A DNA stretch of 64,000 nt, from sequence record MZ501268.1; one strand, given 5' to 3'. Positions 1-9,569 of the stretch are shown one piece after another. Position 1 is the stretch's first letter; every line of letters starts with the position of its first letter. The translations under genes and the position numbers were made by a program. The notes beneath the pieces were generated by a model. The model ran no database searches. It worked only from the letters and a program-made list of their open reading frames with translations, and had not been told where the DNA came from.

Positions 1-16
1 GTGTTGCTGTGGTCAT

Positions 17-417
17 GTTGACTTTATTACCGTACTGGTAGTCAACTGAACGTAAGTCATCGTAGTACTTTCGTACATTACTGAGCGATAATTGTGTAAG
101 GTTACCGCGTGGCATCGGTAGCTCTTTCAGTAGCCTCACCACGAGGTGTTGATTCAATATGGAATTCTCATTTGACCGCCAATGGTTGAGAGCGCGTTCC
201 ATATTGCGATACGTAATGTCTTTAAGTCGTTTGTGTAGCGGCGTCAGCATGCTACCGTAATTGGTAGTGACGTCAGAGGTAAATAGATTGAGCATACGAC
301 CTCATTGACAATATGTAAAAGTGTACATGACCCGAGTATATATTATGTAAGAGGTCACACTCTTGACTCTCTGTGTAAGCAGAGGGTCGAACTGAGGGTA
401 CTGCTGTCCAAACAGCA
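17..417. ncRNA. Candidate structured non-coding RNA or cis element upstream of chimallin
   Basis: No ORF of 60 aa or more. Hairpins read by eye: 17-23/40-46, 65-68/73-76, 103-107/116-120, 134-137/143-146, perfect 10-bp stem 155-164/197-206, 242-246/268-272 with 252-256/263-267, 365-373/380-388, 402-407/412-417. Confidence 0.4.
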
Positions 418-422
418 AATTC

Positions 423-458
423 AAAAAAATTACAGTTCTATATTACCTGAGTGTATAG
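423..458 (+). promoter_or_regulatory. phiKZ-type early (vRNAP) promoter for chimallin
   Basis: TATATTAC at 439-446 matches the phiKZ early promoter core. It has an upstream AAAATTACAG and a downstream GTGTATA, like the other copies in this window. Confidence 0.75.
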
Positions 459-517
459 AGTAATCTATGCAACATTAGCTAATGTAAACTTGCAAGTAAA
501 TTAAAAGGAATCGTAGC

Positions 518-2665
518 ATGCAAACTCCTGAAGACAAAAACAAAGGCAAAGATCAGCAGCCAACTGATCAGCAGACGCCTTCCAATTCCGCGATGGGTGA
601 TGCGTTAAGCGCGGCGCAACAGAAGCAGAGTCAGCAGCAGCCACAAGGGCAGCAAACTCCGCCTCCTACAGCGCAGCAACCGCAGCAGAATGCTCAACCA
701 GCGCAAGCAGCAACACAGCAACAGCAACACACTCCTCAATTTCATCAGACTGTAGGTAACAGCAACGTGAACAATTCTACTATTCCAAACAACGGCAACG
801 ATCAGCAGGCGCCACGTCAGTCACGTATCTACGGCATGAACGAACGCCGTGAACGTATCTTCGACGCGACCGCTCATGGCGAAAACTTCAAAGTTGCGCT
901 GGAAGCAACCAAAGAAGTGCTGGAAGGTTACGAAGATAAAGGCTTCAACAAGTCTTTCTTCCTGGTGCCGGTCACTGATGTGTCTCTGCACTGTAACGGC
1001 CTGGCGTATGTGTCTGTGTTCAACTTCGGTGGTACCACCAAAGCCATCACCTACACCCTGATGCTGGAAAACACCGGTTCTCAGCTGAAGCCTCAGCGCG
1101 GTAATGACCCGATCACCGGCGAACCGTTTGAGATCCCACGCATGACCGGTTCTCAGTACGACAACACCTACTGGTCTGTTGTACAGCGTCTGGTCGGCCA
1201 TCGCATCGGTAACAACGCAGAAGTGCTGGATGCCGGCGCTTGTGTTATCCACTCAGAAATGAAGTGGGACGACAAGTCTGCAATCAAACAGCTGCTGAAC
1301 AACGCAGAAAACGCCACCATGGCGTATGCGAACAGCCTGTCCGGTTACCGCATCGAGCATCCGTTCAACATCGCTCAGGAAGTTGATCCACAGATCGACC
1401 GTATCACTGCAGGCTTCAACTTCAACCCGCAGCCGATGTTCACTGTCGATGGTCAGCCAATCCGTAACGACGTTGAAATCAAACTGTCTGCTTACGCTGA
1501 AGGCGCTGGTCAGGTTCAGACTACCGAACCGATCACTACCGTTAACGGCTACGTGGAACTGATCGCTGCACCACAGCAGCAGATGGGCTTCCAGCAGCAG
1601 ATGATGATGGGTATGAACCCACAGCAGCAGATGCAGTTCTATCGCCGCTTCTACCCGCAGTTCACCATCACGTCAACTGGTACCGGTATCTCTAACGCAC
1701 AGGGTCCTGAGTTCCAGCTGCTGGCGCTGTTCGCTGCTTCACTGATTGGTGAAAACAGCAACTGGCATCACGCGTTTGCGCCGAAGATGGTAAACGGTGT
1801 CGATATCAACGATATCGGTGCGATCAACTACGAACTGAAAATGGGTCTGGAAAGCCCAGATGACCGTCCGAAGAAGATCATCACCAAAGACCACAGCTTC
1901 AACACGCAGTCTCTGCATCAGCTGCTGTACACCGCATGCCATGAATCCATGTCAATCGCGCTGGACATCGAAGAAACTGGTACCCGTACCTGGGTGAACT
2001 CCATGCTGCTTCTGGCAGGTGGTCAGCCAAGCGGTAACGCTGCACAACTGAGCCCACAAGGTCAGCTGGCGCACAAAGCAATCATCCAGGCTGCGAACAA
2101 CCTGACCAACGGTGAGTTCAGCAAGCACTTCACTGACCAGAACCAGCTGATCGCGGTTCGTGACGGTACCCGTATTCAGGGTGGTTACTACGTCTCTAAA
2201 GACAACCATCAGAAAATGGACATCCGTAACGTCGACCTGCTGGCGGTTCTGAACTTCGTCGGTGAAACTGATCCACGCATCGTGGAAGAGTGGAAGATGA
2301 TCACCAGCTCTACGTCTGGTATGTCTACTCCGAAACGTGTTGCACTGCGTCAGCAGAAACTGCAGCAGCTGCTGGGTGAGTCTTTCGTACTGAAAGCTTA
2401 CTACGAGCGTGTAGTGATCAACTGGGCATTTACCGATGCGCTGCGTAAAGCAGTAGTAGCGGCTGGCCTGGTAGTGCGTCCGGAAAATACCAACATGCAG
2501 TACAACGTGCAGAGCTACGGTACGCCAATGGCGCAGCTGTACGGTATGCCTACTAACATCGCAAGTTCCCTGCAGCAGGGTTCTTTCGCAACTGATAACC
2601 AGGGTCGTGTTGTTAACCTGGCTCAGTTCCGTACTGGCGGTGCATTCGGCGTGTTCGGCGGCTAA
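518..2665 (+). CDS. chmA: Chimallin (phage nuclear shell protein, phiKZ gp54-like) with Q-rich N-terminal extension
   Basis: 715 aa, strong codon bias, early promoter, and position directly upstream of the gp55-like RNAP subunit as in phiKZ. Assignment rests on synteny and size. Confidence 0.8.
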   Translation: MQTPEDKNKGKDQQPTDQQTPSNSAMGDALSAAQQKQSQQQPQGQQTPPPTAQQPQQNAQPAQAATQQQQHTPQFHQTVGNSNVNNSTIPNNGNDQQAPRQSRIYGMNERRERIFDATAHGENFKVALEATKEVLEGYEDKGFNKSFFLVPVTDVSLHCNGLAYVSVFNFGGTTKAITYTLMLENTGSQLKPQRGNDPITGEPFEIPRMTGSQYDNTYWSVVQRLVGHRIGNNAEVLDAGACVIHSEMKWDDKSAIKQLLNNAENATMAYANSLSGYRIEHPFNIAQEVDPQIDRITAGFNFNPQPMFTVDGQPIRNDVEIKLSAYAEGAGQVQTTEPITTVNGYVELIAAPQQQMGFQQQMMMGMNPQQQMQFYRRFYPQFTITSTGTGISNAQGPEFQLLALFAASLIGENSNWHHAFAPKMVNGVDINDIGAINYELKMGLESPDDRPKKIITKDHSFNTQSLHQLLYTACHESMSIALDIEETGTRTWVNSMLLLAGGQPSGNAAQLSPQGQLAHKAIIQAANNLTNGEFSKHFTDQNQLIAVRDGTRIQGGYYVSKDNHQKMDIRNVDLLAVLNFVGETDPRIVEEWKMITSSTSGMSTPKRVALRQQKLQQLLGESFVLKAYYERVVINWAFTDALRKAVVAAGLVVRPENTNMQYNVQSYGTPMAQLYGMPTNIASSLQQGSFATDNQGRVVNLAQFRTGGAFGVFGG

Positions 2666-2697
2666 GCAGTAGTCGTATCCAAGTTGTAACATAGACG

Positions 2698-2731
2698 GGT
2701 AGGCGGGAAACCGCCTACCTTGTTTATGCCC
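2698..2731 (+). terminator. Hairpin followed by TTATGCCC
   Basis: GGTAGGCGG-GAAA-CCGCCTACC, then TTGTTTATGCCC and a T-rich tract. Confidence 0.8.
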
Positions 2732-2751
2732 ACTTTATTTTTTAGTATGCC

Positions 2752-4260
2752 ATGTTAAAAGGATACCCGGTAATGATGCACGAACTCCAAGCAGCACAAC
2801 CGGCACTGGTGCAAGAAGGTGGCTTAACAGCAGTGGTGGGGAATCATGACCAGCACTTCTTTATGTTATCTCGACCACCGATCATTGCAAACGATTATGA
2901 CTTATCTATTGAAGCTGATCGTCAAGCACTGAATAACCATCTGCGTGTGAGTTATGATACGGACATGTTCAGCGTTAAGCCGAAGTGTCAGTGTGGTCAC
3001 ACCAACGGTGGGGATAAGGTTGGTAAGCTGTGTGTGAAGTGCGGTACGAAAGTCACTACCGTAACAGAAGAAGAGATTGAATCTCAACTTTGGTTACGTA
3101 AGCCGGAAGGCGTGAAAGGTTTTATTAACCCACAGTTATGGTTGTTGTTCTTCGAACCGTTTAATATCAAAGGGTTCAATCCAATGGAATGGTTCGCTGA
3201 CCGTTCTTACACCCCAGCCAAGGGAGGAATGGATTACAAGAACAAAGAGATCTATAAAGTTTGTACGGACATGAAAATTGAACGCGGCATTAACTCGCTG
3301 ATTGACAATTTTGATGCCATTGTAACCAATCTACTTAACTCCCCTGTGGTACGTGATCAGGTGACTTCTCAAGAGGTATTGAGACAGCGCTCTGAACTGT
3401 ACATTAAGTATCGTGACCGTTTCTTCTGTGAACATTTACCGATGCCATCCAAGCTGATGTTTGTGGTGGAATCCAATGCAACGGGTCGTTATGCAGCCCC
3501 TGAGATGAAACTGGCTCTGGATGCAGCATTAACCGTCTGTTCTGCAAAGCGGGATCTGCACACTGTGCGTGATGTTCGTTTTAATGAAAGCATTGCGATC
3601 AAGGTTGTCCGTCAGATCTCGAAGTTCTATTCGACCCATGACAGTGATAACTTTGCGGGTAAGTTGGGTTTACTGCGTAAGAACATTGCGGGGGCCAAAC
3701 ATCCGTGGACAGGTCGTTGTGTAATCACATCGCATACCGGTGACCATGACATGGATGAGGTTATCCTTCCGCGGTGTTTAGCGATACCGATGTTGAAGTT
3801 CCATATCCTCAACAAGCTACGCAAACGTAAGTTCACCCCATCACAAGCCCTCAAATTGATCCAGGCTGGTATTAAACAAACCATCCCAGTGATTGATGAG
3901 GTGTTGGATGAACTCCTCGCAGAAAGCCCTACAGCAAGTATTCGGGTATATGTACAACGAAACCCAACCCTGCGTTGGTTATCGAATCGCCGGTTCCATT
4001 GCCGTACGATCAACCGTGATCCAAACGACATCAGTATTCGTATCAGTACCTTGTCAATCAAATCCTCGAATGCGGACTTTGATGGTGATGAATTGAACGT
4101 GATGCTGCAGCTCGATAATGTCTCTGCGAACTATGCAGAAGCGTTTGGTTCTCACAACTGTGTACTGGACATGAACACACCACTGAAGATCTCTGGTGAT
4201 GTGGGTTTGCCAGGTACATTGATCTCGACAATGAACCGTTGGATGTACAGTAACGATTAA
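2752..4260 (+). CDS. Non-virion RNA polymerase beta' N-terminal subunit (phiKZ gp55-like)
   Basis: Catalytic NADFDGDE motif, N-terminal Zn finger CQC..CVKC, RNPTL motif. Confidence 0.92.
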   Translation: MLKGYPVMMHELQAAQPALVQEGGLTAVVGNHDQHFFMLSRPPIIANDYDLSIEADRQALNNHLRVSYDTDMFSVKPKCQCGHTNGGDKVGKLCVKCGTKVTTVTEEEIESQLWLRKPEGVKGFINPQLWLLFFEPFNIKGFNPMEWFADRSYTPAKGGMDYKNKEIYKVCTDMKIERGINSLIDNFDAIVTNLLNSPVVRDQVTSQEVLRQRSELYIKYRDRFFCEHLPMPSKLMFVVESNATGRYAAPEMKLALDAALTVCSAKRDLHTVRDVRFNESIAIKVVRQISKFYSTHDSDNFAGKLGLLRKNIAGAKHPWTGRCVITSHTGDHDMDEVILPRCLAIPMLKFHILNKLRKRKFTPSQALKLIQAGIKQTIPVIDEVLDELLAESPTASIRVYVQRNPTLRWLSNRRFHCRTINRDPNDISIRISTLSIKSSNADFDGDELNVMLQLDNVSANYAEAFGSHNCVLDMNTPLKISGDVGLPGTLISTMNRWMYSND

Positions 4261-4265
4261 TCATA

Positions 4266-4291
4266 AAGGCCAGGGGTGATTCCCTGGCCTT
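4266..4291 (+). terminator. Intrinsic terminator-like hairpin
   Basis: AAGGCCAGGG...CCCTGGCCTT immediately after the stop codon. Confidence 0.7.
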
Positions 4292-4313
4292 ATAACCGAC
4301 GAGTACATTTTTT

Positions 4314-4961
4314 ATGAGTGAATTAGTCGCTAGAGGTAAATTCATCCTCGCTAATTGTTCGGGTCTTATGGCCCCTTATCCATTCAATATCGCATTCGTT
4401 ACGACATCAGATGACTGGGATGCGGTAGTGGCTTACTTACACACAACTGACCCAGAAGAAGGATTGACGAAATACTTAGGTCACTTTGAGGAAAACCGAC
4501 AGTATGTCAGTTTTACCTGTGAAGACCAGCACTGGTATTTGGTTGGCTGTAAGATAGTAGACATTCCATACAACCACTATTATACCGGGGTGGTATTGGG
4601 TGCCGCTATGGATGTCTCTCACGATGTGATCATGAACATCAATGAACGCATTGGTAACGACCCAACAGTTGCGTCGACGACTTCTGCTATCATGCATGAC
4701 TGGTTTTTATTTAACTGGCGTGCGTCCATCGCGAATGTTCACGATACCTCCCTGGTATTTATGCCTGATGAAGATTGCGGTTATATTAGAAATAACCCAG
4801 GCGTCTTAAATCAAATCATGGCAGCCCAAGATCAACTGGGGTCTTCATTGGCGGTGACCTGCGCATTGCAACGTGAATGTCAGCGTTTGCTACACACCCA
4901 AGTAACGGCACACAACGATCACTGGAGTGCGGTGACGTATTTATCAGGAGCGATCTCATGA
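4314..4961 (+). CDS. Hypothetical protein, paralog 1 of tandem triplet (HExxH lost)
   Basis: PYPFNIAFVTTSDDWDAVV aligns with PYPRQFIFVTSAADFDEVV of 5632-6258, and the C-terminal RE...TY pattern is shared. Confidence 0.75.
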   Translation: MSELVARGKFILANCSGLMAPYPFNIAFVTTSDDWDAVVAYLHTTDPEEGLTKYLGHFEENRQYVSFTCEDQHWYLVGCKIVDIPYNHYYTGVVLGAAMDVSHDVIMNINERIGNDPTVASTTSAIMHDWFLFNWRASIANVHDTSLVFMPDEDCGYIRNNPGVLNQIMAAQDQLGSSLAVTCALQRECQRLLHTQVTAHNDHWSAVTYLSGAIS

Positions 4962-5635
4962 CCCCAGGTGAGGCACGCGAATACCTTTTCAATCATGCCA
5001 AAGATGGCGGAATCTATAGACAACGATTCCTGTTTGTCTTCAGTACAGAAGAATATGAAAAAACCATTGCAATACTTGAGATAGCGGATGGGGGTAAAGG
5101 GGCCTGGGCACGCAATAGTGGTGAATTCAAAGGTGCTGGCGTAACCGCCTATGGTCCTGTCTCAGGATTGATTGATGGGTATATTGTCGTCGGGGTAGTT
5201 GTACGTCCTGAGAATATGTTCAGTCCAGGTTATCTACAGCATGTCCTGAATACGGTCGCACATGAACTTGTCCATGCAGCGCAGTTTTCCATTAAGATAC
5301 AGAGTTACCATGATACGCTGGAATCGGTAGAGCCGATGGCTTATATGGTGGGATGGTTAATGGAAAAGTGGATCTACGCCTTGTTTGAAAAATACCGGAC
5401 TACCTTGATCATGGCACCTGCCCCGGCATTGGGCACGGGAATGGCTTACAATCTGGTATTCAAAAAGCTTTATACGTATGCCAATCAGCGGCTAATGACA
5501 CTGGCTAATGGATTAACGCCTAATCAGATGTATCATGCCTTGGCACGGGAAACCATCAACAGTTTAAACACAACGGTGGAGGTGGAGGTGGAATCTTGGT
5601 CAGCAACTACCTATTTTCAGGGAAACCATAAATGA
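4958..5635 (+). CDS. HExxH zincin-like protein, paralog 2
   Basis: Start moved to ATG 4958 (AGGAG SD, ATGA overlap). Contains HELVH followed by EPMAY. Confidence 0.75.
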   Translation: MTPGEAREYLFNHAKDGGIYRQRFLFVFSTEEYEKTIAILEIADGGKGAWARNSGEFKGAGVTAYGPVSGLIDGYIVVGVVVRPENMFSPGYLQHVLNTVAHELVHAAQFSIKIQSYHDTLESVEPMAYMVGWLMEKWIYALFEKYRTTLIMAPAPALGTGMAYNLVFKKLYTYANQRLMTLANGLTPNQMYHALARETINSLNTTVEVEVESWSATTYFQGNHK

Positions 5636-6258
5636 AGATGCCGGTTAGACAGTATGTGGATAAGTTCTTAGTAAGGCTGTCACCTTACCCTCGCCAGTTT
5701 ATCTTTGTGACTAGCGCTGCTGATTTTGATGAGGTAGTCACTGAGCTTGGTCGTCGACAAACTGAAGACGGCGTGTTCAATAAGTGGCTGACTTATAAAG
5801 GCCAGTTTCGTGGAGCGGGTATTTGTGCATCGGGTAATGGCATCTGTGTCTTGGCCGCACGGTATGATCCCAATCGTCAGTTTGATGTTAACCAAACGGT
5901 CAGTTTAATTGGTACGATGCAGCATGAGATTCAGCACATGCTACTGCATACATGCACACAGATCGGTTATAATCCGATGCGTGAACACGAACCTTTCACC
6001 TATCTGACCAAATGGGTATTTGAAATGTTCATTGGGTTTATGCACCACTACCACAATGTTCGTTTCACTAACGTTCCGTCAAGCACCGGTAAATCATTAG
6101 GTAGGTTGTACGAAGGTAATGTGTTGGTTGCATTAAATACATTGCCGGTTGATAATGCCAGAGATTCATTAGCTCGTGAATTTCGTGCAATATTGGGTAA
6201 CTCAGTCAGGATCACCGACATGGGTAATTCAACATCGATTACCTATTTCGAATCTTAA
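5632..6258 (+). CDS. HExxH zincin-like protein, paralog 3
   Basis: HEIQH followed by EPFTY; GQFRGAG matches GEFKGAG of paralog 2. Confidence 0.75.
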   Translation: MKMPVRQYVDKFLVRLSPYPRQFIFVTSAADFDEVVTELGRRQTEDGVFNKWLTYKGQFRGAGICASGNGICVLAARYDPNRQFDVNQTVSLIGTMQHEIQHMLLHTCTQIGYNPMREHEPFTYLTKWVFEMFIGFMHHYHNVRFTNVPSSTGKSLGRLYEGNVLVALNTLPVDNARDSLAREFRAILGNSVRITDMGNSTSITYFES

Positions 6259-6265
6259 TTAACCC

Positions 6266-6293
6266 GGCCAGGGAAACCTGGCCTTTTATGTCG
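6266..6293 (+). terminator. Hairpin followed by TTATGTCG
   Basis: GGCCAGG-GAAA-CCTGGCC-TTTTATGTCG. Confidence 0.7.
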
Positions 6294-6306
6294 AGAGGTT
6301 TTTATC

Positions 6307-7011
6307 ATGGGTATGTACACCGGTATTTCGTTTCGTTTAAAAGTCAGAAAGAATGCGCCATTACCCGTATTAGAATTCATGGATAAGTTTTTTATTGAAG
6401 GCGAAACGCTACAAGCAGTGAAAGACCTACAGAAAGAAACGGGCATCCAGTTCCAGTCCAAAGCCATTGCGTTGCAGGGTGATCAATTTCATTATGATGA
6501 AATAGAAGATATGTCCATGATGGTGCGTGGCCACTCTTCCAGTTTTAAAAGCTGGTACTGGCACGTTAAAGAAGATAACGGTGATTACTGGCTTTATGAA
6601 ACCCGTGCTAGTACCAAACGCCCTCACTCAGATCTCGCAACTAGTCTTATTCAAGCGTTACTGCCTTGTCTTGTTATTGAGGAAGGTGATGTGGTGATGC
6701 GTTCGATCTATGAAGAATCAGAATGTGAATGGGTCTTGGCGTTGGTCAACGGGAAAATCGTAGGGGAGAAAGGTTATCAGTACGGTGATTGGGATTCTGA
6801 TAATCCAAATATGGCGGTCGCCTCCATTGAGTATACCACTGGTAATTTCGGTGCAATTTCGCACATCCGCGTCACGGAAGAAGAAGAGTTCACACCACCG
6901 TGGACTTTACAGGAACTGCGTGCTGGTGAGGAAAAGGCAAGGTTAGAGAAAGAAGCTGAACACGACCGGATTCGGGCAGAGGGTGGTGGTTTTGGATTTG
7001 GCGGCTGGTAA
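6307..7011 (+). CDS. Hypothetical protein
   Basis: 234-aa ORF with GAGG SD, co-oriented with neighbours. Confidence 0.75.
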   Translation: MGMYTGISFRLKVRKNAPLPVLEFMDKFFIEGETLQAVKDLQKETGIQFQSKAIALQGDQFHYDEIEDMSMMVRGHSSSFKSWYWHVKEDNGDYWLYETRASTKRPHSDLATSLIQALLPCLVIEEGDVVMRSIYEESECEWVLALVNGKIVGEKGYQYGDWDSDNPNMAVASIEYTTGNFGAISHIRVTEEEEFTPPWTLQELRAGEEKARLEKEAEHDRIRAEGGGFGFGGW

Positions 7012-7040
7012 GTAACAATCAATTTAATCTGAGGTAGAGC

Positions 7041-8081
7041 ATGAAACGTTTGGAAGAGCCAGAATTCTTGAAAAGAGAATTAAAGAATGTGAATTATGTT
7101 GCTGACCTGAAAAAGGTGAATTGGTTAACTCGGTTAAATCGTGCCTTGACGGAAAAACAAGGTAAGATCATTCCTTATAAGTTCTTGTTATCTAGTGACC
7201 TGGTTGATATGTTCGACGGCGTTAAAATTAATAAATCAGACGCTACTCGTAAAGCATTCGCTGACCTTATGGAAGATCGTACTCAGGCAGCATACTACAT
7301 GTCAGTTATGTTGATCATGTGGATGTGGGGCATTAACCGTGTTGTGCATCGCATACCGGTTGAGGTTTTCAAAGCCGCTAATCAGGACTATGATCTGGCG
7401 TCGGTTCCAATCGAACCATTGTTGAAACTCCCACAGTGGACAACATGTATTGCAATGGATTGGGAAGGGGTGCGCAAGGATGACGACGGCTATAATCAAT
7501 GCCAACGCTTCATGATGTACGCACTAGTAATGCTCAACGGAAAAGAGTATCTGCAGATCGAAGTATATACAACCCGCCCCGATCATGAGATTGTACAGGG
7601 AACACGTGACCATGTCACATACTCAATTCTCATTGATACATCTATGGATAACGTTAAGGCTGGGTTCGACCAAGCATTAATAGATATCCCCAAAAACCAC
7701 GCACCTGATATTTCACAGAACATCCGTGTCGATGATAATGATGAAATGCTGTATGACCTGATCACGATGATCTCTTTGGTCAACGGCGAGCATCGTAAGG
7801 CTGAGCTCGGTAAGACCAATGTGAAATGGCCGGGCTATCAAGTCCAGGGGACATCTGGTTACAAGATCCGTCCTCGCCTGAAAGCTGTTGAGTTTATGGT
7901 CGGTGAAGAATACGTACCACAGTTGCGTCAGATGGGTGTGTCTGGTGAACGTACGCAGCGTAAGAGCCATATCCGTTGTGGACATTGGCATACCTACTGG
8001 TTGGGTCCTCGTAGTGGACCACGTACACAAGAGCGCTACTGGTTAATGCCAATTGTTGTTTCCGGTAAAGTGTCAGAATAA
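7041..8081 (+). CDS. Hypothetical protein with C-terminal HIRxGHWHxYW motif
   Basis: 346-aa ORF with GAGG SD; C-terminal RKSHIRCGHWHTYWLG...W..PIVV motif. Confidence 0.8.
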   Translation: MKRLEEPEFLKRELKNVNYVADLKKVNWLTRLNRALTEKQGKIIPYKFLLSSDLVDMFDGVKINKSDATRKAFADLMEDRTQAAYYMSVMLIMWMWGINRVVHRIPVEVFKAANQDYDLASVPIEPLLKLPQWTTCIAMDWEGVRKDDDGYNQCQRFMMYALVMLNGKEYLQIEVYTTRPDHEIVQGTRDHVTYSILIDTSMDNVKAGFDQALIDIPKNHAPDISQNIRVDDNDEMLYDLITMISLVNGEHRKAELGKTNVKWPGYQVQGTSGYKIRPRLKAVEFMVGEEYVPQLRQMGVSGERTQRKSHIRCGHWHTYWLGPRSGPRTQERYWLMPIVVSGKVSE

Positions 8082-8106
8082 TCTAATTTAAATAAAAGGG
8101 TGCAAG

Positions 8107-8814
8107 ATGAACAATATGAAAATGATGGTCGGGTCAATGTCTCTGGGTAACATGTTTGGTAATAATCACTCAGACGTGGGTTCTTTCAATCCAGCCCCGC
8201 ATGTTGATCGATTCCGTTCTGTGGGCGGGTATATTGCTGACGCCGCACTTGAAGACCGTGGCATCTTGGTTTCTGCAGACGGGATTATCGCTACCGTACG
8301 TGCAAAGAAGATCTCGTTCCAGGAAGCAGCTAACGCACGCAATGCGGCACCCGGTATGTATGCACTTATGTTTCCGGTGACTGGCGGTAAAGATACCGCT
8401 GATGCTGTTTTGATCACCACTACCAGTCAGGATGTATTGTTTAGCTTACTGGCAGTGAAAGATCTTCCTGATGAACTGATCATTCAAATGGGTCTGGGGG
8501 TAAGTACCAAAGTGGTGAAAGCCATGACCGATGGGAGTAATGACCATATTCGTGTGCTGGTTAATGCCGGCGGGATTGCCCCTGGTAACAATGCCCCGTC
8601 ACATTTAATTGTGGATAAGCAACGCAACCTGATCATCGGCCACATCGTGAAAGATGGTGATGGAGATGTATCCGGTTTTGAGATCTTCTCGAATGCACGT
8701 AAATCCAAAACATCACAAGACTACATTATCAACGTGAGTACCGAAGATAGTAATATCATCAAGCATATCGTCCTTGATGTGATGAAAGAAGTTGCATTGG
8801 GAGCGGTCGTCTAG
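8107..8814 (+). CDS. Hypothetical protein
   Basis: 235-aa ORF with AAGGG SD. Confidence 0.75.
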   Translation: MNNMKMMVGSMSLGNMFGNNHSDVGSFNPAPHVDRFRSVGGYIADAALEDRGILVSADGIIATVRAKKISFQEAANARNAAPGMYALMFPVTGGKDTADAVLITTTSQDVLFSLLAVKDLPDELIIQMGLGVSTKVVKAMTDGSNDHIRVLVNAGGIAPGNNAPSHLIVDKQRNLIIGHIVKDGDGDVSGFEIFSNARKSKTSQDYIINVSTEDSNIIKHIVLDVMKEVALGAVV

Positions 8815-8872
8815 TTTGTAATTGCAGACAAAACCGACGGATAGTATAGCACCAGCAAATAAGGATTAACCC

Positions 8873-9520
8873 ATGTCAGTTATGTCAGGCGGCTTTGGAG
8901 CCGTTAACGCACTTATGTCCTCAGGGCGTCCTACACAAGGCGCAATGGAGTACTTTAATAATCAGTATCAGGGGATGTTGCAAGCAGCACAAAACGTGGG
9001 CAGTGTGGCGATGCAGCAGATCTATCAGATCGCTACCAACACCTACGAGAACCTGATGCAGACGCGTCCATGGGAACTCGCAGAAGCTGCATTGCGTCAA
9101 ACAGTGCACATGTTTGACCCAAACACAGTTCGTCAGTTGCTGAACATCTCTGACCTGCAGACAGCAAAACCCGTCATGCAGCGTTGGGTAATGGCGCAGC
9201 CTGAGATCCGTGAGTTGTATCAGCAGCAGCGTATCGATGGTTACAGCGAAACCTATGAAGATGCGCAGCCAGGTCGGGTCGGTGCCGATCATTACGATTA
9301 CCGTCGTGCTACCAACAGCATGGTGCAGTTCAATGGTAGTGAAGAAGCGCCGATGGAATCCTGGCAGGCCGTGACCCATTACGAACGTCTGGTGGGAAGT
9401 GACCAGGAGTTGTCCTTCTATGAGAAGCGTGATATCCAGGTTACCTGGGATGCGTGTCTCAATCTGATGGCAACACAAGCGTATGATCCGACTTCTATCT
9501 TTAACATGAAGTTGGCATAA
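8873..9520 (+). CDS. Hypothetical protein, probably conserved in phiKZ-like phages
   Basis: 215-aa ORF with AAGGA SD and core-gene-like codon usage. Confidence 0.75.
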   Translation: MSVMSGGFGAVNALMSSGRPTQGAMEYFNNQYQGMLQAAQNVGSVAMQQIYQIATNTYENLMQTRPWELAEAALRQTVHMFDPNTVRQLLNISDLQTAKPVMQRWVMAQPEIRELYQQQRIDGYSETYEDAQPGRVGADHYDYRRATNSMVQFNGSEEAPMESWQAVTHYERLVGSDQELSFYEKRDIQVTWDACLNLMATQAYDPTSIFNMKLA

Positions 9521-9555
9521 ACCTATAGAGGAGGGTAACACCTCCTCTTATGCTG
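9514..9555. terminator. Hairpin flanked by GGCATAA and TTATGCTG
   Basis: AGAGGAGG-GTAACA-CCTCCTCT with the motif on both sides. Confidence 0.7.
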
Positions 9556-9569
9556 ATCAAGGATTCAAT

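Noticed and set aside
305-345. Host sigma70 promoter from TTGACA at 305-310 (also 37633)
   Set aside because: No good -10 element at 16-18 nt spacing, and phiKZ-like phages use their own RNAPs.
560-800. CAG-rich repeats here and at 21560-22160 as possible CRISPR or DNA repeats
   Set aside because: They are imperfect in-frame Gln codons, with no constant repeat plus unique spacer architecture.
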